Assembly (NCBI RefSeq): GCF_006345805.1 | Contig: NC_043001.1 | Coordinates: 53,568,001 to 53,632,000, forward strand | DNA length: 64,000 bases | From: Octopus sinensis | Taxonomy: Eukaryota | Direction: 5' to 3' | In this document: positions 13,956 through 28,223 of the stretch, piece after piece | Layout of the letters: every line of letters starts with the position of its first letter | Position numbering within the stretch: position 1 is the stretch's first letter | Program-made: the position numbers and the translations under genes | Notes under the pieces: model-generated | What the model was told of the DNA's origin: nothing | Databases searched by the model: none | The model's input: the letters and a program-made list of their open reading frames with translations, nothing else

Positions 13956-14352
13956 CGATAGTTGTATGGTAGCATAGGCGGCGCAAATTCAAGAGCTGTC
14001 TTTCATACTGTCAGCCGATATAACTGAAAATGTAGCTGAGTATTAAGCGATAAGTTGATTGAGAACGAGTTATGGTAGATACACTTTTGTAAATATTCGT
14101 TTACATAGTCGACAATGATTTCAAAATATATGGCCGTCTGTAAAATTAAATAAATCTAAAAATAAAGACTAAGAGAGTGATCCAATAACGTAATCTCTCA
14201 GTAGACACGATAAGAACTTTGAGACCCGATAGTTGTATGGTTGCATAGACGGCGCAAATTCAAGAGGTGTCTCCCATCATATCAGCTGTTATAAATGAAA
14301 ATATAGCTGATCAATAGACAAAAATTTGACAGAGAACGAGTTAATGACGTCA
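13956..14352 (+). promoter_or_regulatory. duplicated ~117-bp block (13956-14072, 14227-14343) with a near-identical 39-bp core, followed by a TGACGTCA (CRE) palindrome
   Basis: cgatagttgtatggt(a/t)gcatag(g/a)cggcgcaaattcaagag in both copies; TGACGTCA at 14345-14352. Regulatory role is inferred. Confidence 0.35.
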
Positions 14353-15549
14353 CCCTTATCTCAAGCGTGTATGGCACGACCATATTCGAACTTCGACTTC
14401 GTCTATATTTTCATTCTACGCTTTTTGTCTTCTATCAATCCAATGTACTATGCCATAATTCCACGTACTGTTCCAATAAGACGAAACTTGTTGATCGATA
14501 TCTCCCATGCTTTAAGCGTATTGTCATTGATATGATTTACTGACTCGTAGATTTCAATCACTACCAATCAACTCAAACTGCGTCATACTTGTGAAACTAT
14601 CACCGTCCTATGGGTGCCAATCTATTCAATAACATAGAGTTTCAACGCCAGCACCCCTAATTCAATCAAATCTCATTTATCATAATTTACACCAACTTTG
14701 AACTTTGTGTAGGTTATTATATGTAAGATAAATGTTTAAGAGGCGCGCGCATAGTGGAACTAAGCTTTTTAAAACAGATATCAGGTATTCACTGCTTGTC
14801 GACGGATCATATTTCTCGTCAACTCTTGAATTTTATTCCATAACTTATTCCGACACGTATTAAAAGTTATTCCCCTACATGGATTGTGTCAAAGAAATAG
14901 ATTATGTGCCAAACACTATTTTGTGTAACTAACTACACTCTTACAATAATCGGACATAAAAATACTCGCAATTACACTTAAAATACCTAGACGTCTTACT
15001 GCAACATACACCCCCTCACATACTCACGCACTACACAATTGACCACATATTTGGAATTATATTTACGTTGCATATAAGCTCAATATCACCTATATGTACA
15101 CGCACTAACGCACGAACACAGATTGTAGTTCGCTCATTAACGCGTATTCTTTCTGGCTTGATTAAAAATAATAATATCGTTTCTTCTTCACCGCAAGTTC
15201 TCTTTGATTCGAATCTACTTCGTAACATATTTCTCTCTCTTCCTTTTACTTCCATGTTATAGTTTTTTTTTCTTCTTATCAATGCGCTAATAAAATTAAT
15301 CCAAAACGTAGGACATTCTTCAATCGATTTATTTGACTAGAATAGACCTAATATATCAAATTTATACAACAATTCTCCATGGAAAGATTTTATAGAAATG
15401 TTATTGAATTTTCATCATACTAACGAACTGCTAGGATTTGCCTTTCTTTTATTTACTAGTAGTCTGAATATGAATGAGTGATGCTAGAGCTGTGAATTCT
15501 TGCACGTCATAATTTCAACACTGCTTATCAATTACTGCATTGTTTCTGT

Positions 15550-16615
15550 GTAGGTAATCTGACATATAACTGTTGAAAAAAACTTTATATGCAACTGGTT
15601 GCGACGTTTCTTGAAAACCGACAATATTTGACATTAGGCACGGTGCTTAAAGAAAAGGTGCTTAGCCTCTAATGACATTTATGCTGGCATGGTTGGTACA
15701 CTAGAAGACGACGCTTAAGCTTCATAAACAGTGCAAAAGTGGGCCGCTGAAATTAAGAGAGGAAAGGAGACTATTAAAGATGACGTTCTACAATTACAAC
15801 CACAGAGATGTACTTTGATCGTGTTCACCACTGGCGACGGATGACAGGCGATTGACTATAATTCAAATGTTCAATGCTATTAATATAGCCCAAAAGAGCG
15901 TTGAGAATATTCTGCGCAATGAATTTGGCAAGGCGAGTGTTTCTTCTCGGTGGGTGCCTTGTTTTCTGACACCTGATCAAAAGCGCACCAGCCTGATAAT
16001 TTCACGACATAATCTGACATTATTTCAGGTAGATCCAGCTGGTTTCCTAACCCACGATGAATGATGAGCTCATCACTTTGACCGAAAGACAAATATACAT
16101 TCTATGCTGTTGAAACACTTTCCTTCACTTGTTTCAAAGAAGATTAAGGCTGTTTCATCAGCAGGGAACGTGAATGCCTAGGTTTTTTTTAGATGGAAAT
16201 GGCATTCTGTGCATACACTATCTTCAAAAAGGGCACGTCATAAATGGAATGTACTATGCCAAATTGCTGAAGCAGTTACGAAAGCTATCAAGAACATACA
16301 CCCAAAGAAACTGACGAAATGTGTCTTTTTTCATCGGGACAATGCTCCAACACGCAAAGTTTGCTCTCAATTCATGTTTGCCTGACTGTAGGTTTGAACT
16401 GGTTGGACATCCTATTTATTCTGCTGATTGGGCCCCACATGGTATGAAAAATCAACTGGTGAGGAGACGCATCGCAGTGATGCCTATGTCATATATGCTA
16501 TTGATAAATGTTTTAGCCAGAGTAAAAACGTCGGCAATGGGATACAAGCATTGCAACACGGGTAGAAGAAATGTGTTCACATGTTATGATAGTAACTCGG
16601 GAGACTGGCCCTTGT
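15550..16615 (+). mobile_element. decayed mariner transposase
   Basis: ILRNEFGKASVSSRWVPCFLTPDQKRTS (WVPxxLT motif), FLTHDE (first catalytic Asp), HRDNAPT-like motif near 16333, LVGHPIYSADWAP (YSPDLAP motif); stops and frameshifts. Confidence 0.9.
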
Positions 16616-16628
16616 ACTTATTTTTTTG

Positions 16629-16689
<61 letters not shown>

Positions 16690-16734
16690 CTCATATACAT
16701 ACATACATACTTACATATATACATACATCATCAA

Positions 16735-17577
16735 ACCAGTCTATCATGGACCAAGAACCGGATGCACAAAAGGGATAGAGATGCGGGAAAAGCCGTAAAA
16801 TGTAACAACCGATGCAGACTTTGTGGAGTTCACAATGAAGATATCGCCCACATCATAAGCAGTTGTCCGAAAATGTCATCACGGCATTATCTACCGAAGA
16901 GACATAACGTTGTATCTAGGACACTGTAATAAAATCCGTCGAAAGGATAAAAAAAAGCCCACAGTATGGTAGAAGCCATAGCCACTTATAATGAAAAGGA
17001 ATACTGTAGGAAAGTACCAGTGAAGACCTCAATAACATGTAAGCACAAAATACCTTATTTAAGGATTTTGGATAGAGATGAGAAACTGTGCAGAGTTGTG
17101 GAAATTAGCTGCCCAGCGGATGTTAACATAAAGCTGAAGATTAGTGAAAAAGAGAACACTTATGATGAACGTTTGAGAAAGCTGCAGTTATTCTATCCAG
17201 ATTACAAGTTCAGGTTTATACCTGCAATAATTGGGGCCCTGGATATGTAACACACTGCCTAAATACCAATCTTGAGAAATTAAGCTTCTCAAAACCAGAA
17301 AGAAGTAAGCTAATTCGAAGATACAGATCCAATCCATCACTGGAACTGTAAACATTTGTAAAACTTTTCAGAAGTTTATCATTTAAATATATATATGAGC
17401 ATGTCTAGGTATATAACTATATGCATGAGAATACATAAATCATATAAATCTGCATACATATAGAAAAAATACCCTGTTGCTGGTGTTGTAATTTCAATGA
17501 AGGAACCGTGGATCTAGGTTAGAAACTGATTCTTTCTCTATTGGGAAGAAATCTTGAAATAAACTGTAAAATGACAT
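16735..17577 (+). mobile_element. R4/Dong-type LINE 3' fragment (CCHC knuckle, RLE endonuclease, 3' UTR)
   Basis: CRLCGVHNEDIAHIISSCP (CCHC) and KHKIPYLRILDRDEKLCRVVEISCPADVNI (PD-(D/E)xK-like RLE). Confidence 0.85.
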
Positions 17578-17639
17578 ACGTACTTACATTACATTACATT
17601 ACATACATACGAAACACGTATCACTGAAGAATATTACAG

Positions 17640-18900
17640 TCAGATACAACAATGGCTAACAGTGTTTGCAGTACCAGTACCCAAATCAACATTTGCGCTA
17701 CTTGATTGGACGAAGCCATTGATGTTTAAAATTCTGGAAGATATTGAACCGCACAAATAATTTTCCCATCCAAAGAAACGTAGACTACCTCTACCTAAAC
17801 CGAAAACAAAGAGGTTTAATATCGATCCGGATTGTCGTTGAATATCATTTCATATTCCTTCGTTAATATCTTGTATCCACAATGTGTCGAAATGTATCCT
17901 TTGACGAAGCTTGCAAACAGGATGGTGATAACATCATGGGACTTGAAATGCAGCGCCTCGAGCAAAATTCTTAGCGTGTTAACCTTTAATGCATGCCGAA
18001 AGATATCGAACGACATATCATCAGATAAAAGTATGAATGTTTATAAAAAGACTTTGCACGATCATACTAACGGAAAGCTCCGTGAGGATAATAACATGAT
18101 AATCAAAGCAGCATATCATAGACCAACAATCAGTTTACTAATTCTCCTTCTGATAGGTATGGTTTTGCAATTCAGGAACAGAGATATCAACCAGATACCT
18201 CATGGACAAAAGGGTAGCACTGAACATATCACCCACATCATAAGCCCGGATACAACATCATGTCTCGTAGTAGATATTATCCACCGATGAGATATAATAT
18301 TGTAGCCAAGACACTGTATAATGTGATCTATCAGAAGGATATACCTGAGGCCAAATAAAATAGAGCCCACCCTATGGTAGAGGACTCTGATAATGGAAAT
18401 ATCCTAGGGAAAACACCAAATAAATGTAAACGTAATTGACTTGACATAGTGATTTGGGACACAGAAGAGAAAATTACATTATTTGTAATTGGCTGCCCAG
18501 CGGTTATTAACATTAAACTAAAGATCATCAAAAATGAAAATACCTACGCTGAACTATTTAGAGGTCTACTCAGTTTACTCAGTTTACTAGTTCAGATTTA
18601 TACCTTTAATTATTTGTGCACTGTTATATGTAACGCGCGGTTTAAGTACCATTCTTGAGAAGTAGACTTCTCAACAAAACGAAGTACAAAGCGGATTTTA
18701 AGACAATACATTCAAGTAATCACTGGAAATATTAATTAAAACTTGTAAAAAAAATTCTAGATGTAACTCATATAAGTAAATATACATATACCTAGACAAC
18801 TATATGCTTGTGAATACACGCATAAAACATAAAAATCTGCACATCCACTGACTCCAAATACTGTAAATATACATATATACGAATAAAAATACCCTGTTGG
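17640..18900 (+). mobile_element. second, more decayed copy of the same R4/Dong family
   Basis: FAVPV...LLDWT peptide; ggctgcccagcggttattaacattaaact and aaaataccctgttg match the 16735-17577 copy. Confidence 0.75.
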
Positions 18901-18911
18901 CCCACTTGAAC

Positions 18912-18945
<34 letters not shown>

Positions 18946-19038
18946 TCTATATATATGTATATATATATAAGTGTGTGTGTGTGTGTGTGTCTGTGTGTGT
19001 CTGTGTGTGTAGAGAGAGAGTGAGAGAGAAGTACAGAC

Positions 19039-19085
<47 letters not shown>

Positions 19086-19101
19086 ATATATATAGATAGA
19101 T

Positions 19102-19132
<31 letters not shown>

Positions 19133-21569
19133 CATAGACAGACAAATATACATATATGTATGTATTTATGAATGAAGGTATGTGGTTCTATGCGCGTGTA
19201 TGTATGTATGTTCATACATGTGTCTTTGAGTATGATACGTGTGCACGGGTGCTTTGTGTGTGAATTTGTGTATGTGTATGTTTCAGAAGATGAGGCAATC
19301 CCAAACCTAAATCGGCTATTTGAATCCATTCTTACAATTCCACAGGAAAATATTGGCCACGGAAATGTTTTCATTTACATAGTCATGCACTGAAAGCATA
19401 GTGCTATTCCAGATGTCACTACAACATCCGAGAAAATTAAATATTTTGTGCAATGTCTTTACAGATTATACAGATTCTTATAATATATTAATGAAGTAGC
19501 GATATGCAAGAAGACAATTCCGCTTCACAAATAATGGCAAAAATTACGAAATTGTTATTTGAAAAAAAATGTCTTCCTTTACAAATATGATTATAGTTAA
19601 TGATAGAAACAGAGCAATAACGTATTAATACATAACTTTCATAAGTTCACCCCTTGTGTTGAATATTATATTCCTGGTGATATATATATATATATATAAT
19701 TACAATTTTATTAATGAGTAGTCGGGGGAACGACATTCGATTAATAATTTCATTGTTTAACAGGACCACAAAGGCAATATTATTTTATATTCTCTATGAA
19801 TTATTGGATTCCAAATTAGATACAATTAATTGAATATTATTCAACGATACCAAAGTAGATTATATTCATTTTATCCATGCAAATTGCAATATATTGAATA
19901 ACTCTCTGTAAGACATCTTAGAGAGATACAAGGTAATGCAATATATTAAATGCTAACGATGAAATATCACGGAATGTATTGAACATAAATTCAATCTATT
20001 AAATGCTAAGATTAAGTTAATTTTAAACATGCTGTCTAGATTTATTCCACATAAACAATATATTACTATTACATTAAGGAACAAAAGAGAAATGGATAAA
20101 TAATGTTTTATATTCCCTCTATTCTTAACAGAACACGGAACCTATTCAGATCATGCCTTTGGATTATATTAGGAGCATATTGTTAAAAATAAATATGTAT
20201 GTCGATGGGGTAGACGATGTAACTAATATAGGCAAGTTTCTTAGTTATTATACTCGTATAGGATATACAAACAATCTTTCAAAGAAATATGAATTTCATA
20301 GAGCAAGCAATTGGCATCAGTATGCGTTACGCAACACGTAAATATATGTAGATAGGGGATGAAATAAAATTAACCTTCGCTTGGTTTTCGTTTTATTAAA
20401 ACTTCTCTCATGATTAATGGTTGATTTATGTGAAATAAAAACGTGAATATGTCCGATTGAAAGTATATTTTATCAATGAATTATCTTTACATGTCGACTG
20501 ATGTTTGAAAGCTATTGCATCGATATCATACAGAAAATATGCATTACATTTTCTTAAGTTGTGCGATTGTTTTTCAATATCTCGTTCTGATCACTTCTGT
20601 ATCATGCAGATACACTTCTGCATGATAAATAGCATATAAGGTGTTGCATGAATCACTTAGAAAAAAGTTTTTGTCACGTAGAATTAATGGCATGATATCC
20701 TTCATATGTATAAACTGAATACTTCCAAAATACTACACTTATTTCACACAACGCCTACATTCACTGAGCAGTAATATTTACCTCTCGCTCTCTCTTTCAA
20801 CGAACGAAGCCTGCAAAATTTCAAGCTGCATGAAACCGAATGAAACTGTGTTATATATATTATGTAGAATATACGTAGTTCTAAATTCCAGCCTGTGTCC
20901 TTTTGAAGAACATATGCTTATTCCAGTATCCAAATTCCGTATTTAGTTTTCTTTCTTTCTTTTTGTGAGATACCTATTAGTGTTGAAAATATTACTTACA
21001 GAGTAAGTAGTATATCAAAATAGGAAGCGGGGAAGTTTATTTTTTGTTTTGGTATCATTTATTCATCATTACAAATGTTTTATATGTTAATAGAAATAAT
21101 AAAATGGTACATGTAGGATAAACATATAAAAAATCTCTTAATAGTAAGTCTTTAGCTTGAGAATCAAAGAATAAAACATTTACAGTTCAATGAAACGTTT
21201 TTATATAGTCAGTAATCAAGTGTCGTATAAATAGTTGGGAGAGAATAAGCGTGAAAATATATACGCACGTATATCAAGGTATATATATACACCTATTCGT
21301 ACGCAGACTCACAATCATACAAACACCTATGAATAACAAGACACACATACAAATACTACATATAAATTTATGCATATGCATACATAGATTATATGTCTGT
21401 GTGCGTGTGTAAATGTGTATATAATTTTGTCTCACTCTTCTATCTCTCTATATATGTGTGTGGTTGTGTCTGTGTGTGCTGGACATGTAGGATAAATATG
21501 TAACAAATTTCCTATTCGACAGGAGTGTGTCTGTTTATATGTGCTTGTGTACTTGATTTTACGTGGGGT

Positions 21570-21613
<44 letters not shown>

Positions 21614-22061
21614 ATGTATGTATATATACATATATATATATATATGTATGTATATATATATATGTATATATATGTATGTATATGTATATATATGTGTTTG
21701 CATATGTATATATATGTGTTTGAAATGTTCTATTTCTAGATTCGCACTTCACTCTCTCATTCCCTACTAACCAGGCACTTTATTACTCAATAACTATATA
21801 TACACGCTTCATATAAATATAAATCCTGTATGATTTGTTTCCTTCTCTGAAGAACTTCGAATAGGAAATTTCTTACATATTTATCCTACATGTACAAATT
21901 TGTAGTTCCTATTAGTAGATCTAAGATCTTTAATTTGTGCAATAGCACGCATAATTTACAATATACAGCGCATATATCGTAAAGTATGCGTGCTATTGCA
22001 AAATGAAACGTGAAATTTCGAAAAAAATTGACCCAGCATGAATGTGTGTGTGTGTGCTCAC

Positions 22062-22107
22062 CCTTTTCCTATATAATCGTAATTGAAACGCTCTGAAAGA
22101 CATTTTT
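22062..22107 (-). CDS. 46-nt internal coding exon candidate (KCLSERFNYDYIGK, phase 1 to 2)
   Basis: Strong acceptor ccgatttctttcccgttagctttcag| and strong donor AGG|gtgagc; open in the phase that joins 25814-25897 to 3734-3932. Confidence 0.6.
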
Positions 22108-23052
22108 CTGAAAGCTAACGGGAAAGAAATCGGACTCTCGATTATTTTCCGCAACTGCAGTCCTTGCTCCCGAAACAAATATTTTCTTAACAACAAATTA
22201 ATATATAATTAGAAATTACACCATCTGAATGGTCATTAAAATATCTCCATTGTTCTGATGGTTATGAGGAAAGAATTTCATTGGGGCCCATCATTTTTTT
22301 ATCCTTTTGCCAAATAATACGTGGCCGTTCAGCCATGTATTTCCCTTCAACATGTAAATGATCTTTGGCAGCCAGACGCATGGATTAGCTTTTACGTAAC
22401 CCTGTAAAAAGACATTTAAGTTCATATACTGAAACCATCAACTGCAAAGATTTACTTGTAATGTAAGTGCGCTACAGGGTGGGAAAATGTCAAAAATTTT
22501 AAAACTTGGAATCAAAATTTTGTGGTATTTATTTAGAGATCTTTAAATTTGATGACAAAACGAACCAGGCATAATTTAAACTTTCTTCTTTCCATAATCG
22601 ATAAAGTTAGCGACCAGTCAGCAACATGTGTTAATATTGACCAACATTACACTCAGTGAAATGGTGTACGCTATCCCTTTGCTAGAAATCAATATTAGTT
22701 TGTCAAAAAGAGATGCCGAGAACGGCATATAGATAAAAATCAAGACTAAAAGTGAACTGGAATAATGATTTGAATTCTAATTCAGCTTGTTATAATTCAG
22801 TTGGTTATGATTTCTGCTATCGTTAGCATAAAATGAGAAATACTTGGTAAAGATTACATAATTTACACGGCTGAAGGATAATGCACTTTATCCGAAAACA
22901 CTCTCAAGTACACCTAAATTTTGAGTCGCATATGTTAACAATTCGTTTATTTACTCCTAGAATTGTCGAAAGGGGAAACGAAGAGGGGATTAAAATCAAA
23001 TCAAAATACTATTATTGCAAGAAAGACGTATACTTATATGTATGTATATTAA

Positions 23053-23193
23053 TGCAGGCTTGGCAGTGTGACAAGAAGCTTGATTCCCAACCACATGGTT
23101 CCGGGTTCAATCCCACTGCGTGGCACCAATGGTTTCTGATCGATCAAAGCGTTGTGAGTAGATTTGTTAGCCGGAAGCTGGAAGAAGCATGAC

Positions 23194-23239
<46 letters not shown>

Positions 23240-23460
23240 GTGGCGGTGTTTGTGTTTCTCGCATCCATTGACAAACGATGCTTGTGTGTTTATGTCACCC
23301 TAACTTGGCGGTTCAGCAAAAGAGACGGATAGAATAACTACTAGGCTTACAAAAAATATGACCTAGGGTCGATTTCTTCGACTAATACCCTTTCAGGCGA
23401 TGGTCCGGCATGGCCGCACTCATATGAGTGGAACAAGTAAAGGAAGTAAAAGAAATAAAA
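23053..23460 (+). mobile_element. tRNA-derived SINE family B with internal microsatellite
   Basis: gcaggcttggcagtgtg...ggttccgggttcaatcccactgcgtggcacc head with B-box, internal (TA)n, caagtaaa tail. Confidence 0.8.
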
Positions 23461-23527
23461 GTGGAATATATAAATATATAATATAATATTATATATATAT
23501 ATATGTGTGTGTGTGTTTGTGTGTGTA

Positions 23528-24955
23528 TTAAGGTGATGCAAAAAAGATGTCAAAAAATTTTTTCTTCACTTTTCATGGAGACACCCTCCTATTTTATTTA
23601 TATTCCTAAGAAAGCATCGTATGCGAAATTTGGGCCTGAAAAAGCGAAAATTAGAAGTTGCTAGCAAACTTTAAAAATATTTGTATATCAGTTTGTGTTC
23701 CAAAATATTGATTTGTTGATATTTTCCTCGGACTAGCTTTGAAATGTACCTAGTTAACCCTAGTTTGAAAAATATCGATGATATTGTAGGCTATAGTACG
23801 TAGTGAGGTAGAGCGTATAGCGCGTTAACTTTTTTATGTGGAAGTTTCCCCAATAGGCATAGCATAACCACGTATGTCAGTTTATTTTTGTTTGTTCTGA
23901 AGCAAGAGTAATGTTTTCTTGTTTTTGTTTGTGAGTGATGACCTGTAACATTTAACAATTTGCAGAAGATATTGTTTCTCCTGTTCATCATTGGTTATCA
24001 GTTTGTTGTATTCCTCCATCAGTCGTACACCTCTTTGCGCAATGCCGTTTACCACTTTGAGTCCATATGTGATATCTCTTGCATTCGCATAATTTTCATC
24101 ATCATTCTATTCTTCAGCATCTTTTTCAAGAAAAATGCAAGGCGCATCTAGGATTTTAAAGAACTTCTTTGCGTTGGCATTAAGGAAACCCTGCATCTTT
24201 TCTGCCCAGCTGATTCCGGTATTTATTGTTGCTCCTTTACTTGGTTTTGAGTCAACTGGTTTCTGCAGAGCATGCTTACTTTTGATTTTTGTCTCATGTG
24301 AGACAGCTGAATCAAAAAATGCAAGCGCCGCAAGTTCTCAACAACTTATTGAGTGCATCACTTGAAATATTGTCATCCTTTTGCTTCTAGAGATGCGGAC
24401 TTTGCACAAAATACAAAACTGAACGCGAGGGGTGGATGAGCGTTTGGATGTCAGGTACCCCGATCTGATGTATATCGCAGCTGAAAAGCAGCAAGCGTCT
24501 CTCAGTCCTTTTCTCTCTCTCTCTCTCGCTCGCTCTCAATTAGTTTAAACTGAGATTTAATCAACCAAGTTTACATGCAGTAAATTAGCTTAGACATCCA
24601 TCGTGCTCTGTGTTATGCTCCTAGTGCTTTAAATCTGGTGCCTTTCTTAGCAATTTCTTGTAGTCATCACGAGGCTGCAGGTCATCAAGCTGAGCTGGAG
24701 CAAATTGAATGCTTTCTTCAGCATCTGAGATTTTATCTGCAATTTCGGGGGTCATGTGTTACTGTTTGATAATTGTTCTTGCCAATTTCCACCCACTTTG
24801 CTTTGAATCTCTAGAACAGTTTTATGTCAGGGCCAGTAGAAGATAGCAAGGAGACAGAAAATGGACAATAAATACAAAGTGAGAAATAACAATGCACAAA
24901 ATGTTCGGTCGATGGTAACAACCTCTAAAATGTCTTCATTTGTGCTGATATATAA

Positions 24956-25018
<63 letters not shown>

Positions 25019-25118
25019 ATATATCTTCTCTGCTGGTGATGTATGAACATCTAATGTGGTTTTAGAGTCAAGTTCTGACCGCAATTTCCAGCGTGGTGGT
25101 ACCTCTTAGATACCCTAA
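23528..25118 (-). mobile_element. decayed DNA transposon (superfamily uncertain, hAT-like C-terminal motif)
   Basis: Minus-strand peptides GPDIKLF*RFKAKW, QPRDDYKKLL, KVVNGIAQRGVRLMEEYNKLITNDEQEKQYLLQIV; imperfect ends ttaaggtg...accctaa. Confidence 0.7.
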
Positions 25119-25615
25119 ATTATAATTTTGTATATATATATATATATATATAGTCGTCAACTAAACTTGACTAAGAGTGTGAATCACACCTACATTTCTA
25201 GGAATAGGACCTAAAAAGATCGTTCTCACCCATCCACCACCCCAAAAAACTTCCTCAGTCGGATCGGCCAGTTGCATCTATTTCCATAGTCATTGTCAGT
25301 AACGTCAGACTGCCTATCAGAGTATATATATTCACCATAAATGATTTAGCTGATCGCTAAAGTGTATAGAAAATAAATTATTAAAATAGCTGTTTGCAAC
25401 GTTATACCGTAAAGGAAAACTTTATTTGTCAACTCGGTGTTCGGGATGATTGCAGCCCCTATGTGAGTATATGCTATGTGCTTTGTAACAACATTGAAGT
25501 ATTTAGCTCCTATTTCTAGCAACGTAGGTGTTGTTCACATCCTTAGCCAAGTTTAGTTGACTGTTATTTTCCTTTATGGCATAACATTGCCAACACCTGT
25601 TTTTTTATTAATTTC

Positions 25616-25668
<53 letters not shown>

Positions 25669-25813
25669 CGTTTACATACATAAACACGCTCTCAGCTTGT
25701 AGAAAATGACATTCGTACTTTAAACAGAACACTTCCGTTATGCTTCAATAATAATTCTTTTCTCTCCTTGAAAATTGTTCCTTCATTATTAATATTTAAT
25801 CTACAATACTTAC

Positions 25814-25897
25814 GTCCTGGAGTCCAATACTCAGAAGTATTTTCTTGAGAAGTAATATTGCCTATTGGTGACTGTGTTTCATATCTGCTCCAACTTT
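25814..25897 (-). CDS. 84-nt symmetric (phase 1-1) coding exon candidate (SWSRYETQSPIGNITSQENTSEYWTPG)
   Basis: Acceptor ...attcattatag|, consensus donor GAC|gtaagt; only the phase-1 frame is open; length divisible by 3. Confidence 0.6.
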
Positions 25898-27656
25898 CTA
25901 TAATGAATTTTAAATTTGGATACAAAAACAGAATGTTCGAAAAGTAGTACGATTTAATGACTAACATTCTTTCCTATTTTGAGAAAATCCTACAAATAAG
26001 GCGTGGAGCGTTAACCAGTATTTTGTATAGTTCAGGATATATGGTGGTGTTGCATAGGCTTCAGAAATTCACATCGCTCACGATCTCTTCCTCCCTCTCT
26101 CTCTATTTCTCTCCTTCTCTCTTTCTCTCTCCCACCTCACATCATCAAGGTACATGGTAATGATCCTCTAACCAGGTGAACAAACATGTGATTAACGACA
26201 CTTTCCCTGATGAGAAATATGATCACCTGCCTTAAGCTTGTACTGAAGACTGAACCCTAGTGTTTCAAACTTGTGGGCACATATCCACAATCGGTATTTC
26301 CTGCAAATCCTTTTAATGGCATTTTGTTTATATTCCAACAGTCAGACATCTCCTGACTTAGTTGTTTTTCAATTGTTTACAAATTACATAGCAACAAAAT
26401 ATTTTATTAATATTTCTTTCAAAATCACGCCCCATGGCCGTCTTCAAAATCTTCAAGCATTCTTATGATTTGAAATGTCTTTCATAGTTAAAATCCTTTT
26501 TTTTTGTGGATATTCTACCCAGTTTGAAACACCAATACTTTTCATGGAATTGTGCAGTCCACCCTAGAAAAGTATTGTAATATTCGATTAGCTCCCATAA
26601 AAATTTATCCATGTTAAAACAGAAATTCACACGTGTATTTTACACTTTGAAATATATCTTATTGTAAAACTTGTACCACGTGAATGTAGATCCGTTCTAG
26701 TACCTACAGATAAGTAATTCAGTGATATTGTGTGGAATATTATACAGAAAGAGAATGTCATTGTATGTTCGCGATAGTTGTCTTGAAGAGCAGTACATCC
26801 AAGAGAATTGGTCAATTATATATACATATTAGGTGAATTCAAAAATATATACATTGATCAGAAAGGTGATTTGAAGTTTCTCCTCCCTGATATTAACAAA
26901 ATCACATCAAGTGAGACTGATTTTATTGTTATAAGTATATGATGAATAGCGAAATAATAATAAAAAGTAACAAATTAAGAAATGAAAGCAACATTTCTCA
27001 ATCACACATCATGTTTATTGTTCTATTTTTAATTCAAAAACATTATTCTTTGCAGCATCCTTTACGCATAGTGTCATGATAACCTTTTAATCACCTACTA
27101 TGTGATTTCAAGCATTCTCAACTCAGCAGACCTTATTATATCTGCATTCACCCTGTTAGTTCCATAAGACGGATTATTATATTCATTTTTTGTATTCCAC
27201 TTTCATACGCACTGCCTTTTGTGGCAAAAAGTTGTAGTTATAAAGATATTGAGCATTTAATACTTGAAACTCCTTTCTTTCAAGCCTTTATTTTTTAATA
27301 AGTAGGTTCAGCATGACAGCATAATACATGATGTAACAGTAACCACCATACGAAAAACAATACAACGTATACGGCCTTGCAAGAAATGTTCAGATATCAG
27401 CGCTTATGTAACTGTAAGCTATGTATTTTATGCCATATATTCAAGAAAACTTATTAACTTCTGAAACGAATAGACGAGATTATATGTAAAGAGCAAGGAG
27501 TAAATTACAATGAAGATTTAAACTGCGAATTCGTTAATAAGATTGCATGAAAAATACGAAAGCAATTGGATTCCGAAAGAGGTAAAATTAGGTAATAATT
27601 CGCTGAATCTTGAAACTACAATATAAATACTATCTCAAATGGGGATGGCATGGTAA

Positions 27657-28223
27657 ACGTTTATTCTTGATATAATAAATCATATACGAATTATATCTTC
27701 TCATAATAACAAACTGTTAAATATTAATACATTTACTAATACTAACATTAATTTAGCTACTACCATCCAACCCTCTAGAAATATTAATAACAAGGTTATT
27801 GTATCTGAAGTCAATCCCAATAGAATTAAATTTATGTCAAGTAACTCTAAGATTAAAAATTCTATATACCAGTGTATAATCAGTACTCGTAATAAAGTAC
27901 GATTTTACATTGGAAGCACATCGTTAGAGTTATCTAGGAGAATTTCTATCCATTACTCAACATTTAGAGATAGAAATAAACGGAATAGTACCGGTCTCAG
28001 CAAACTGATTTGGAATTTAAAAGACCACAATGAACAATTTCATTTGGAATGGTTGATCCTCTCAATTTCGATAGCATATGACAAAGGCAAGAAATTCTGT
28101 CTTCTCTGCAATTCTGAGCTATTTTTCATTATTTTTTCTAAAAATACTCTAGTAAACACGGTTATAGAACGAGCATACAGATGTAAGCATTGGCAAAAGC
28201 ATACTTTTAGTGCATATAAGTAG
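27657..28223 (+). CDS. Penelope-like element GIY-YIG endonuclease reading frame (TE-derived, 188 open codons)
   Basis: IISSHNNKLL linker motif in frame with IYQC...YIGST...R...H, CLLCNSE and the terminal CKH; no RT domain recognisable upstream. Confidence 0.85.
   Translation, partial: TFILDIINHIRIISSHNNKLLNINTFTNTNINLATTIQPSRNINNKVIVSEVNPNRIKFMSSNSKIKNSIYQCIISTRNKVRFYIGSTSLELSRRISIHYSTFRDRNKRNSTGLSKLIWNLKDHNEQFHLEWLILSISIAYDKGKKFCLLCNSELFFIIFSKNTLVNTVIERAYRCKHWQKHTFSAYK

Noticed and set aside
16321-16929. 202-aa ORF, among the longest in the track
   Set aside because: Chance read-through joining a mariner C-terminus, an (AT)n tract and an R4/Dong CCHC fragment.
19336-20810. Extra minus-strand mini-exons 20782-20810 (LRSLKERAR, phase 2 to 1) and 19336-19389 (HDYVNENISVANIFLWN, phase 1-1)
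   Set aside because: Splice sites are plausible and they could follow exon 22062-22107, but returning to exon 3734-3932 needs a further weak micro-exon, and joining to 13382 creates TAG. Left out as probable over-fitting; RNA-seq would decide.
22331-22395. Plus-strand peptide VNDLWQPDAW resembling the Cys-loop receptor WxPD motif (chemotactile receptor idea)
   Set aside because: No Cys-loop, TM or other flanking motifs; short frame with nearby stops.
26205-26270. CTGATGAG / CTGAAGA hammerhead-like cores
   Set aside because: No stem II closing onto GAAA and no stem I or III pairing.
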